53,600 nucleotides of DNA from a virus (taxonomy: Duplodnaviria; Caudoviricetes): positions 1 to 53,600 of the IMG/VR virus record IMGVR_UViG_3300030708_001013; one strand, written 5' to 3'. How positions within the stretch are numbered: the first letter of the stretch is position 1; the number at the start of each line of letters is the position of its first letter. A program made the translations under genes and the position numbers. This document shows, piece after piece, positions 19,372 to 27,179 of the stretch. Below the pieces are notes generated by a model. The model was not told the origin of the DNA, did not search any database, and was given only the letters and a program-made list of their open reading frames with translations.

Positions 19372-19881
19372 TTATATCCATTTTAAAAATTGTTTTTTAA
19401 ATTGATAATCTGCAGCTTCTGCAGGGTCATCTTTATTAACATCTACTATTTGTAAAACTTTTCCATCATCTGCTGCTTCATATGGCGTATCAGGTAAAGG
19501 ATCTTTAAAATCTAATTTATTATCTGCATCAGTTCCTAAAACTTTATTAGCTCTTTTTCCAAAAGGAATTAATCTTTCATCTAGTTTGCTTTCAACAACT
19601 GATGTATCTTGTTTTGACTCTTCTAGATCAAATACAGATACAAATTTATTTTTTTTATCTGTTTCAATTTCTTGTTGTTCAAATAGTTCTTCTGCTGCAG
19701 ATCTATCTTCTTCAGTAAAATCTCCATCTCCTTCTGTTAATGCTTCACTTTTTTGTGCTAATATAAATGCTTTTTTTCTTCTTTCTTTCTCTCTTTTTCC
19801 TTCTCTTTTCATACGACTTATAGCGGCAGAAGAAGTAGTATCTATTTCATTATCTCTTATAATTTCACCTCGATAAAACAT
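19372..19881 (-). CDS. Hypothetical virion-associated protein
   Basis: 169-aa ORF tightly packed in the operon. The C-terminal ADDGKVLQIVD resembles tail-fibre linker motifs. Confidence 0.6.
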   Translation of the reverse strand: MFYRGEIIRDNEIDTTSSAAISRMKREGKREKERRKKAFILAQKSEALTEGDGDFTEEDRSAAEELFEQQEIETDKKNKFVSVFDLEESKQDTSVVESKLDERLIPFGKRANKVLGTDADNKLDFKDPLPDTPYEAADDGKVLQIVDVNKDDPAEAADYQFKKQFLKWI

Positions 19882-19895
19882 AATTTTTCCTTACA

Positions 19896-21515
19896 TTATA
19901 AATCAGTTACTGGTCCACCAAATGTATATGTCATATTATCTAATCTAATAGCATTATCATTATCAGTTACTTTAGTACCAAGAGTAGTAACAGTTTTTTC
20001 TACTGCATATAAATGCTCTCCTAATCTAATAGTATTATATTGTGTAGTTACAAGAGTATTACTAGCTGCAGTAGTCATTTCATTACCTGAAGTAGTATTA
20101 ATATTAGCTGCATCTAAATCTGCAGCATTAGGAGTACGCACAAAATATTTTCTATAAATTACTACAGTTTTTGTTCTTCTTGTTGTATATTGAATAACAC
20201 CTACTTTTGGTCCATTTCCATTAACAAGAAGTTCATCAATAGGTTCCCATCCAGAATTACCTGCATTATCAGTTACATACTGTCTTATTGCTCCTCTTTC
20301 TTTATCCCAACCTAAACTTGTTTTATGTATAAACCATTCATCTGAAGCATCTTGTGGTGCAGTATATACTTCTTCATATAAATCATAATAATATAAATCA
20401 CCTTCAACTTCAGGATTAACTACTTTTTTAATAGATTTAGATCTCCCACCTGCAGCAACAGTACCAGATACATCTACACTATCAGGTAAACTTACAGCTT
20501 TAAAGCTACCTATATATTTAGTTAATCGTTCTGCATCTGAAGTATTTTTTATACCCCAAGAATGTATAAATGTAGGACTACCAGTTGCAGAGTTTAATAA
20601 AGCATTAGAAGTTGTACTTCCAACAGATCTAGCTGTTTCATAAACTAATTGTACAGTAATATCTATTTCACCATTTTCTCTATCAGGTTTTTGTGTATAT
20701 TCAACTGTTCTTCCATCTTGAGCATCTGTAATTCTTTTAGCAGTTCCTGGTAAACTTCCACTTTCTGAAGCATTATTTTTTTTAGTATAATTACTTCCAT
20801 CTGTAGAATAATAATAATCTCCGATAGTTGATGAATCAAAATAATAATTATTTTCAAAGTTTGATATATCGTTAGAAGTCATATGATGTTTAAAGAAGTT
20901 TACTATAGTAACTTCTGAATTTCTTTTATAATGAAATATATATTCTTTAGTATTGTATCTAGATATATACCATCTTAAATCATATAGTCCTGTGTCACTT
21001 TGAAAGTCAGACTCTCTTGCAATATTAAACCAAGTACCAGTTAGTTGTGTACCACCTAATAAATAAATACTATCAGTAAATGTTTCAGATAAAGCTTCAG
21101 TTTCTAGAGCAACTATATTAGCGGGATTCACATTATACATAACGAGTACCACATTACTTGTACCTGCTTGATATGTTTCTCCACTTAACAATCTCCATTT
21201 AGTTGCAGACTGTGTAATAGAACTTGTAGTTATAGCATTAGGTGCTAGTACTCTATATATTCTTTGATCTTGTTCTCTGTAGTATGCATGTAAATGATGC
21301 AGGTCACTATCAAAAGATATATCATAAAAAACTGATGGAGCATTAATTACTCGTTGAGTACTTTCATTTAAAAAGTTTATACATTCAGTAACATGCTTTG
21401 CTTCTATATTTTCCCAAAATAAAACAATTAAATTATCATCATATATACCTTCAGTTGTGGTAGATAACCTTGCATGTTTATTCTGCAGTAATCGTTTAGC
21501 ATTTTCAAAAGCCAT
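19896..21515 (-). CDS. Putative tail/structural protein
   Basis: 539-aa ORF translationally coupled (TAATG) to the upstream gene; T/S-rich. Confidence 0.6.
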   Translation of the reverse strand: MAFENAKRLLQNKHARLSTTTEGIYDDNLIVLFWENIEAKHVTECINFLNESTQRVINAPSVFYDISFDSDLHHLHAYYREQDQRIYRVLAPNAITTSSITQSATKWRLLSGETYQAGTSNVVLVMYNVNPANIVALETEALSETFTDSIYLLGGTQLTGTWFNIARESDFQSDTGLYDLRWYISRYNTKEYIFHYKRNSEVTIVNFFKHHMTSNDISNFENNYYFDSSTIGDYYYSTDGSNYTKKNNASESGSLPGTAKRITDAQDGRTVEYTQKPDRENGEIDITVQLVYETARSVGSTTSNALLNSATGSPTFIHSWGIKNTSDAERLTKYIGSFKAVSLPDSVDVSGTVAAGGRSKSIKKVVNPEVEGDLYYYDLYEEVYTAPQDASDEWFIHKTSLGWDKERGAIRQYVTDNAGNSGWEPIDELLVNGNGPKVGVIQYTTRRTKTVVIYRKYFVRTPNAADLDAANINTTSGNEMTTAASNTLVTTQYNTIRLGEHLYAVEKTVTTLGTKVTDNDNAIRLDNMTYTFGGPVTDL

Positions 21516-22531
21516 TAAATACTCCCATTATAAATTTTATCTAATGCTACTGATGCCTCTCTATAAAATACATCTTTACTTTGTTGTGATAATAAAACTG
21601 ATGCAGCTTTTTGTGATAAAGGAGTTATAGCCCAGTTTAACATATTAATAGTATCAGCTGTTTTAGCAGAATAACCACTATTAGTAGTAGTAAATTCTCC
21701 ACTATTTCCTCTAAATCCACTAGATGTCATATAATTAGTTTCTATTACTAGATTAGCAGCTGCTTTATTATCAAATGTTATAAGGTTATATAAATTAAAA
21801 CTATGATAGGTAAATCGTTGAAACTCTGATGGAAGAGGAGTTACACCATCTCCACCACTACTTACAGCATATCCTATAATCCAATCATCAAAACCATTAG
21901 AATCAAATATACCATCTGTATGTGAAACAGATGCTTCTTGAGTTCCATCAACACTTAATGTAACTGTATTTTGAGATGTACCATCTATTTCTATAAAATG
22001 TTTTTTTCCATCATCTACTTTACTTGTTGATATAATTCCAAGATCAGTTGTAGTTCCATCTCCAGTATCATTCTTTCTATATGCAAAATGTCCATTTTCT
22101 ATTTGTCCAAAATGTATAGGTTCATCTGGAAGAGATGATCCTCCGTCTGTTCCTAATGCAAATAAATTACCATGAGTACGAGTATTATCTATATTATTTA
22201 ATTTAAATTCTATTTGTATTTTACCATGTTGATATGAAGATGCAGTTTGACCAGCACCACTAGAAAAAACATTTAATTGTTTTTTAGCAAAATTAGTAGA
22301 ACCAGTAATTAATGCTGAATCAGCTATTTCTGTAATATCAGATGGTTCTGTTATTACTATTGCAGAAGAACTAAATGCTTCTGGTCTTTTAGAAAACAAA
22401 TCAGCTTTTGCAAAATTAATTGCATCTATAACTTGTTGGTCTGTAAATGTTGGAAGAACTCCATCTCCCTGTACAACTTGATCTACAGCAAATCCTCTTA
22501 CTAATTCTGCTATTTTTTTTGCACTAGCCAT
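21515..22531 (-). CDS. Adaptor-like protein with inserted LamG/concanavalin-A-like domain
   Basis: N-terminal FTDQQVIDAINFAKADLFSKRPEAF resembles podovirus adaptor N-termini. The central DDGKKHFIEI...VTLSVDG...WIIG is a LamG-type pattern. Confidence 0.55.
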   Translation of the reverse strand: MASAKKIAELVRGFAVDQVVQGDGVLPTFTDQQVIDAINFAKADLFSKRPEAFSSSAIVITEPSDITEIADSALITGSTNFAKKQLNVFSSGAGQTASSYQHGKIQIEFKLNNIDNTRTHGNLFALGTDGGSSLPDEPIHFGQIENGHFAYRKNDTGDGTTTDLGIISTSKVDDGKKHFIEIDGTSQNTVTLSVDGTQEASVSHTDGIFDSNGFDDWIIGYAVSSGGDGVTPLPSEFQRFTYHSFNLYNLITFDNKAAANLVIETNYMTSSGFRGNSGEFTTTNSGYSAKTADTINMLNWAITPLSQKAASVLLSQQSKDVFYREASVALDKIYNGSI

Positions 22532-22598
22532 ATATACCTTAAAGCCACGCTAGATGGGTGGGTAAAAGGAGGAAACCCTTCCACATCTAGGTAGCAAA

Positions 22599-22805
22599 TT
22601 ATTTAAAAATTTTAACTCCTAACACAATTAAAGTAGCAACAATCATTCCAAAGAACAATGCTCTACCAACAGTTAGAGATACATCATCAACTATTTTCAA
22701 CATTTTTCCTAATACAGGTAGATGCTTACTACTAACGTATTTAGTAGCAGTCTCTAACCATTCCTTCTCTTTAACACTTAAATCGCCATCTTTTTTTGTC
22801 ATCAA
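22599..22805 (-). CDS. Small membrane protein (holin/spanin-associated?)
   Basis: 68 aa with a C-terminal hydrophobic helix ALFFGMIVATLIVLGV followed by KIFK. Confidence 0.6.
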   Translation of the reverse strand: MMTKKDGDLSVKEKEWLETATKYVSSKHLPVLGKMLKIVDDVSLTVGRALFFGMIVATLIVLGVKIFK

Positions 22806-23350
22806 ACTAACCTTTTATTTTTGCGTAATACTATCAATAAAATACCTGCTGTAAATAGCAAACTTATTGCTGCAGGTTCTGGTATAATCATTAATTGATT
22901 ATCACTTGTGATATTGAAGTCAACTGTACCTTTAACTTCAGGATCATATGATGTGACTAACGCAATCATATTGTTAGTAAATGTAATATCTGCTAAATAA
23001 AAAAACAAACCTTCTTCTACATCTTCATTTCCATCATCGTCTTCATATATATAGTTATTAATAGATTGTTGAAAGCTTGGTAATAAATATAAATAAGGAT
23101 CATTATAATCATAATCTTCATTACTTAATCCTAAATCTGCTGCATAATTATCAAAGGTAACTGTTGCATAACTAGGTGTAGATATAAAAAATATATCATA
23201 ATAATGTTTTTCATTATCTATATAGATATATTGATCTTCTAGTTCGGCTCTTAAATTATATGTTAAGTCAGCACTACTTACCATTGCAGCAAGTAATAAA
23301 CAAACAATAAAGCCTCCCCATAAAATTATATCTTGTAATCTCATTACCAC
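22802..23350 (-). CDS. PEP-CTERM sorting-domain protein
   Basis: N-terminal signal peptide, acidic beta-rich body, and C-terminal IIPEPAAISLLFTAGILLIVLRKNKR (PEP + transmembrane helix + basic tail). Confidence 0.88.
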   Translation of the reverse strand: MVMRLQDIILWGGFIVCLLLAAMVSSADLTYNLRAELEDQYIYIDNEKHYYDIFFISTPSYATVTFDNYAADLGLSNEDYDYNDPYLYLLPSFQQSINNYIYEDDDGNEDVEEGLFFYLADITFTNNMIALVTSYDPEVKGTVDFNITSDNQLMIIPEPAAISLLFTAGILLIVLRKNKRLV

Positions 23351-23631
23351 TTAACCTTATGTGACCAGTACCTTGCACTTAACTTACTAGGATTAGAATC
23401 TTGTGCATTATGTCTAGCATAATAACTTCTTTTCCTAGCTTTATCTTTAGCCGACTTTGGATTTTTACCAGCACCTTTAACACCTTGCTGACCAAACCTA
23501 ATTGTTTTAACTTTATCTCCTACCTTTGCAACAACTACATGTGATTTAGTTTTATGGCTAGGTGTACGCTTTGGCTTATTATATCCACTAACACCAGCTC
23601 TTGCTAATCTTGGATCTTTCTTTTTAGCCAT
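23344..23631 (-). CDS. Small basic protein (DUF5754-like)
   Basis: KTIRFGQQG...RKRSYYARH...SARYWSHKVKW motif; K/R-rich. Confidence 0.7.
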   Translation of the reverse strand: MAKKKDPRLARAGVSGYNKPKRTPSHKTKSHVVVAKVGDKVKTIRFGQQGVKGAGKNPKSAKDKARKRSYYARHNAQDSNPSKLSARYWSHKVKW

Positions 23632-23867
23632 TATCTATATCTCCTAGTTTTCTTTGCAATCTTTTTAGGTTGCTTAACATGCTGCTTACCTTTTTTATTA
23701 CCAGCAGCTTTAGCTTTATTAGTAGCTCTTTTTTCTGCAGGAGTTAAAGCTTTCCAAGCAGCATCAGGTAAATATCTTTTTTTGCCTTTACTAGGCTTGC
23801 CATCAGAAGTTCTCCACTTTTGTTTAGTCCACTTCTTTAATGACTTTTGGCTTTTCTTTAATGTCAT
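23631..23867 (-). CDS. Small basic protein (C-terminal half of a DUF5872-like protein)
   Basis: SQKSLKKWTKQKWRT...RYLPDAAWKAL..AEKRATNKAK...GKQHV. Confidence 0.7.
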   Translation of the reverse strand: MTLKKSQKSLKKWTKQKWRTSDGKPSKGKKRYLPDAAWKALTPAEKRATNKAKAAGNKKGKQHVKQPKKIAKKTRRYR

Positions 23868-24169
23868 TTCTTTTTACCTCTAGCTTTTCTTATTGCTTCT
23901 TTACCTGCTTTAGCTATAGCAGCTTGTTTATTTTTACCTTGAACTTTAGCTCTCTGCTCTAATACTGTAAGTATTTGTATCTTTCTAGCAAAGGGTTTAT
24001 TTATTTTTTTAACTTTTGCTACTGTTGCTCTAGCATCAGCTTCTGTTGCAAACTTAATACTTACAGTATCTTTAGGGTTCTCATCTGTATATAAACGCCT
24101 GCCACTACCTTTAGGTTTTTTACCCGTTCCTACCTTTGGATCTCGTTTCTTTTTCATACTTCTACTCAT
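23864..24169 (-). CDS. Small basic conserved phage protein
   Basis: 101 aa, K/R-rich, LYTDENPKDTVSIKFAT motif; coupled to its neighbours. Confidence 0.7.
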   Translation of the reverse strand: MSRSMKKKRDPKVGTGKKPKGSGRRLYTDENPKDTVSIKFATEADARATVAKVKKINKPFARKIQILTVLEQRAKVQGKNKQAAIAKAGKEAIRKARGKKK

Positions 24170-24833
24170 ATAAGTTATTAAATGTTATAGAGGGATCAAG
24201 ATAACTTTCATGTCCTTCAGCAGAATGTGACCATTGTGATGGTTTAAAATCAGGTGGTCCTTCTCCAGTAACCCATAATGCTGGACTTGTTGCCCTTACC
24301 CTATTGTTTGGCAATGCAACCATATTTCCTTTCCATTGGCAATCTTCAGTTATATATAAAACATGAGATTGTTTATGTTGTGCTGGATCATCAGCAATAC
24401 TATTGTTAGTATAGTCTACAGTAAATAAATATTTACCTCTAAAAAACTCTCCTCCTATTTTACATAACCAAGGAGATGAACTAACTCTATCCATTATAAT
24501 AACTGAATGATCTCTTGATTCACAATCCCAAGGTTGAGCTAAATGATCTTCCATAGGCATAGGAAAATCTTCCATAGGTATATCTGCTACTAATCCTTGT
24601 ATAGGCATTCTTGCCCACATAGCACCACCATGTATATTGCCTTCATCATTATCTTCACAATCAGATTCGCATCCTGTAAATACTACTTGGAAACTTAATG
24701 ATCGATCAGGTATTGTATTAACTGCGATTGCAAGTGCATGAAGATATTCATTGTGATATTTTTCATGATTGCAAGTGAACTCTCTGCGAACCCAACATTT
24801 AAAATGTGGGATGTTACTTATTAAATGTGACAT
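24162..24833 (-). CDS. Conserved hypothetical protein of aquatic phages
   Basis: 223 aa with AGGAG RBS. Motifs GAMWARMPI, QPWDC.S, YLFTVDY, DPAQHKQSH and ALPNNRVR are recalled from marine phage proteins. Confidence 0.8.
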   Translation of the reverse strand: MSHLISNIPHFKCWVRREFTCNHEKYHNEYLHALAIAVNTIPDRSLSFQVVFTGCESDCEDNDEGNIHGGAMWARMPIQGLVADIPMEDFPMPMEDHLAQPWDCESRDHSVIIMDRVSSSPWLCKIGGEFFRGKYLFTVDYTNNSIADDPAQHKQSHVLYITEDCQWKGNMVALPNNRVRATSPALWVTGEGPPDFKPSQWSHSAEGHESYLDPSITFNNLYE

Positions 24834-24860
24834 AAATATTCTCCTTTTTGATATATCAAT

Positions 24861-24965
24861 TTATTTCTTTTTCTTTTTCTTCATTGCTTTTGACTTTTTC
24901 ATCATAGATCCGCCCTTTGATTTTTTCATCATAGAGCCGCCTTTTGATTTCTTTTTGCCGTACAT
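24861..24965 (-). CDS. 34-aa protamine-like peptide (not in ORF track)
   Basis: GGAGG RBS, then MYGKKKSKGGSMMKKSKGGSMMKKSKAMKKKKKK*. Fills the gap between neighbours; the internal repeats differ at synonymous positions. Confidence 0.8.
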   Translation of the reverse strand: MYGKKKSKGGSMMKKSKGGSMMKKSKAMKKKKKK

Positions 24966-24993
24966 ATGTACCTCCTATAGTTAACTAGTTATT

Positions 24994-25182
24994 TTATTTA
25001 TACCCGCCACCAGCAGCTTTATATTGTTTAGCCAACATCTGTGCTTTTCTAGCACTCCATTGACCAGGCTTACCGCCTTTACCGCCAGCTTTGATTTTAT
25101 TAAAAAGTCTTTTACGCATTGTAGGTTTTGTATAATTACCTGCTTGGTTTACTTTACTTTTAGCTTTCTTTTTTACTGCCAT
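24994..25182 (-). CDS. Small basic protein (N-terminal half of a DUF5872-like protein)
   Basis: NYTKPTMRKRLFNKIKAGGKGGKPGQWSARKAQMLAKQYKAAGGGY. Confidence 0.75.
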   Translation of the reverse strand: MAVKKKAKSKVNQAGNYTKPTMRKRLFNKIKAGGKGGKPGQWSARKAQMLAKQYKAAGGGYK

Positions 25183-25191
25183 TAGAATCTC

Positions 25192-25341
25192 CTATTTCTT
25201 TTTCATCCAAGTAATTAATTTATATAGCTTGCTATCTTTTGGCAAGAATATACTTATAGTTGCCATAAATCCTAATAAACCTATTCCTATTCCTACTGCA
25301 TGAGCTTGTATATGCTCCCAAATTATTTGTATATGTATCAT
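25192..25341 (-). CDS. 49-aa single-TM membrane protein (not in ORF track)
   Basis: MIHIQIIWEHIQAHAVGIGIGLLGFMATISIFLPKDSKLYKLITWMKKK*, with ATGA overlap on the upstream stop. Confidence 0.7.
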   Translation of the reverse strand: MIHIQIIWEHIQAHAVGIGIGLLGFMATISIFLPKDSKLYKLITWMKKK

Positions 25342-25910
25342 TGCATACTCGCTTCTTTTTCACCAAAATCATTTACACCAGGACTTCTTGCTGACCTTGT
25401 CATTATTTCTTGTGCTTCTTTTAATTCTTCTGGTTTATTTTTTTCTTCTATAGCTCTAGCTCTAGCTTCTCCAACTTTTAATCCTAAAAAACTTTCTATC
25501 TTTGGTATTTCTTGTCCATATTTACTATGACCTTCTGGTATAGTTTCTTGTATAGTTCCTGTTTCAATAAGTTCTACAATCATAGGTCTAGCTTTTTCTA
25601 CTGCTTGATTACTATGATCTATTGTATGCTCTAACTGAAATCCCATACCAGATGTAACAGCAACACATCCACCAAATCCTAAATTTGCTGCTTGTGTTTG
25701 TACTTGAGATATAACAGCTTGAATACCTGATTGAGTTGCTTGACTAACTGTTTCAGTTGCAACAGTTTCTGTAGCCACAGATTCTGTAACTTCCTTGCCC
25801 CCTTTGGAATTATAAATATCATCTTTAGAATTTTTAAATTTTACTTCATCTTTATCTTTATAAAGTATTCCTTCAATGATGATTTTTTCACCTTGAGGTT
25901 TATCTTTCAT
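25338..25910 (-). CDS. Hypothetical protein with VATET repeats
   Basis: 190-aa ORF coupled to neighbours; contains ESVATETVATETVSQAT. Confidence 0.7.
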   Translation of the reverse strand: MKDKPQGEKIIIEGILYKDKDEVKFKNSKDDIYNSKGGKEVTESVATETVATETVSQATQSGIQAVISQVQTQAANLGFGGCVAVTSGMGFQLEHTIDHSNQAVEKARPMIVELIETGTIQETIPEGHSKYGQEIPKIESFLGLKVGEARARAIEEKNKPEELKEAQEIMTRSARSPGVNDFGEKEASMQ

Positions 25911-26551
25911 TATCTCTTTCTAATATTTACTTCCATAGATCTAATATCTGTAACTTTTTCTACTCTAACATTACTGTTAAAACTTCCAGAACCACTTGTT
26001 GCAAATACTCCTGGAGTAACAAAAACTTTATCTGTAGCAGATTTTTTAATATAAGTAACAGATGCTGGAGGTATAGTATAAACAGCTTTTACAGAACCTG
26101 TAAGTGTTCCAAAGAAAAGTCTTGAGTTATTACTTACTTCTTCTGGATAAGCTGTAGCTGACCCACCAGCAGATGCTCCAATAGTTAATGTTGCTGCATC
26201 ATCTGAATTACCAGTATAATCTGCTAATACAGAAATTACAGCAGTTGTTCCAAATGTTAATCCAAATCCTCCACCATGAACTTGTAACCCTGTAGTAAAT
26301 GCATCACCACCAGTAGTTAAATTATCATAGCCTTTTGCAGTAGTATTACCTTTAGCGATTGTACTTGTTGTTCTAGCTGATAATGAAGGTAATGCAAAAT
26401 CACTTGATACTACTTGAAGAAATCTTACTATCGTATCAGAAGTATGTTGTTGTTTTATATGAGCAACTCTTATAATTTCTGCACTATCTATATTGTCTGC
26501 ATTGTCATGTAATGAAACAGTTTTTGCTACACCTACGTTTTGTATAATCAT
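25910..26551 (-). CDS. Putative virion structural/decoration protein
   Basis: 213 aa, T/S/G/A-rich and beta-like, in the late operon. Confidence 0.6.
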   Translation of the reverse strand: MIIQNVGVAKTVSLHDNADNIDSAEIIRVAHIKQQHTSDTIVRFLQVVSSDFALPSLSARTTSTIAKGNTTAKGYDNLTTGGDAFTTGLQVHGGGFGLTFGTTAVISVLADYTGNSDDAATLTIGASAGGSATAYPEEVSNNSRLFFGTLTGSVKAVYTIPPASVTYIKKSATDKVFVTPGVFATSGSGSFNSNVRVEKVTDIRSMEVNIRKR

Positions 26552-26560
26552 TGTACTATC

Positions 26561-26986
26561 CTATTTAACTTGTGAACTTCCAAAATAAAATCCTACAAGA
26601 GCCAGCATTGTTTGTCTTACTTCTGGTAACAATACATAACCTTGTAATTCAATCCAACCATTTCCTTTTGAAAACATATCTCCAAAAAGAAATCCTAACA
26701 AACCACCTGCTTTATTAGCTTCTATAGTTACTGGTTCGTTAAAAAAGGCAAGTATAAATGGTGCAAAAATTACAGCAAACAATGTACATATAGCTATAAC
26801 TCTTCTAACTATAGCACCAGCTTGTCCTGTTCTAGCCATTGCTTTATCAGCAGAATCATCTGCTGCACCTTGTTTTTTTAACATACCATCAAGCATTGCT
26901 GATTGTGATTGTGCTTGTGCAGCTATTAGTTTCATAACAAAACCTGATAACGACCCACCTAACATTGCTAATAATTCTACACTCAT
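26561..26986 (-). CDS. Holin (3-TM family-like)
   Basis: Hydrophobic segments, RRVIAICTLFAVIFAPF, and C-terminal LVGFYFGSS typical of the 3TM holin family. Confidence 0.7.
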   Translation of the reverse strand: MSVELLAMLGGSLSGFVMKLIAAQAQSQSAMLDGMLKKQGAADDSADKAMARTGQAGAIVRRVIAICTLFAVIFAPFILAFFNEPVTIEANKAGGLLGFLFGDMFSKGNGWIELQGYVLLPEVRQTMLALVGFYFGSSQVK

Positions 26987-26987
26987 A

Positions 26988-27179
26988 TTAATACTCCGAC
27001 ATTCTTCGTCTTCTTTTGCTTCCTGCTTTAGTCATTCCACTTTTTTTAGGATTTCTTCCAACAACTTTTTTCTTACCACCAACTGTAATATCCATACCCA
27101 TTTTTTTTGCTTGTCTTCTTGCTGCATTCATTCCTCTTTTAGTGCTAGCAAATCTTCTACTTCCTGTCCTAAATGCCAT
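26988..27179 (-). CDS. Small basic protein
   Basis: 63 aa, R/K-rich, GAGG RBS. Confidence 0.7.
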   Translation of the reverse strand: MAFRTGSRRFASTKRGMNAARRQAKKMGMDITVGGKKKVVGRNPKKSGMTKAGSKRRRRMSEY

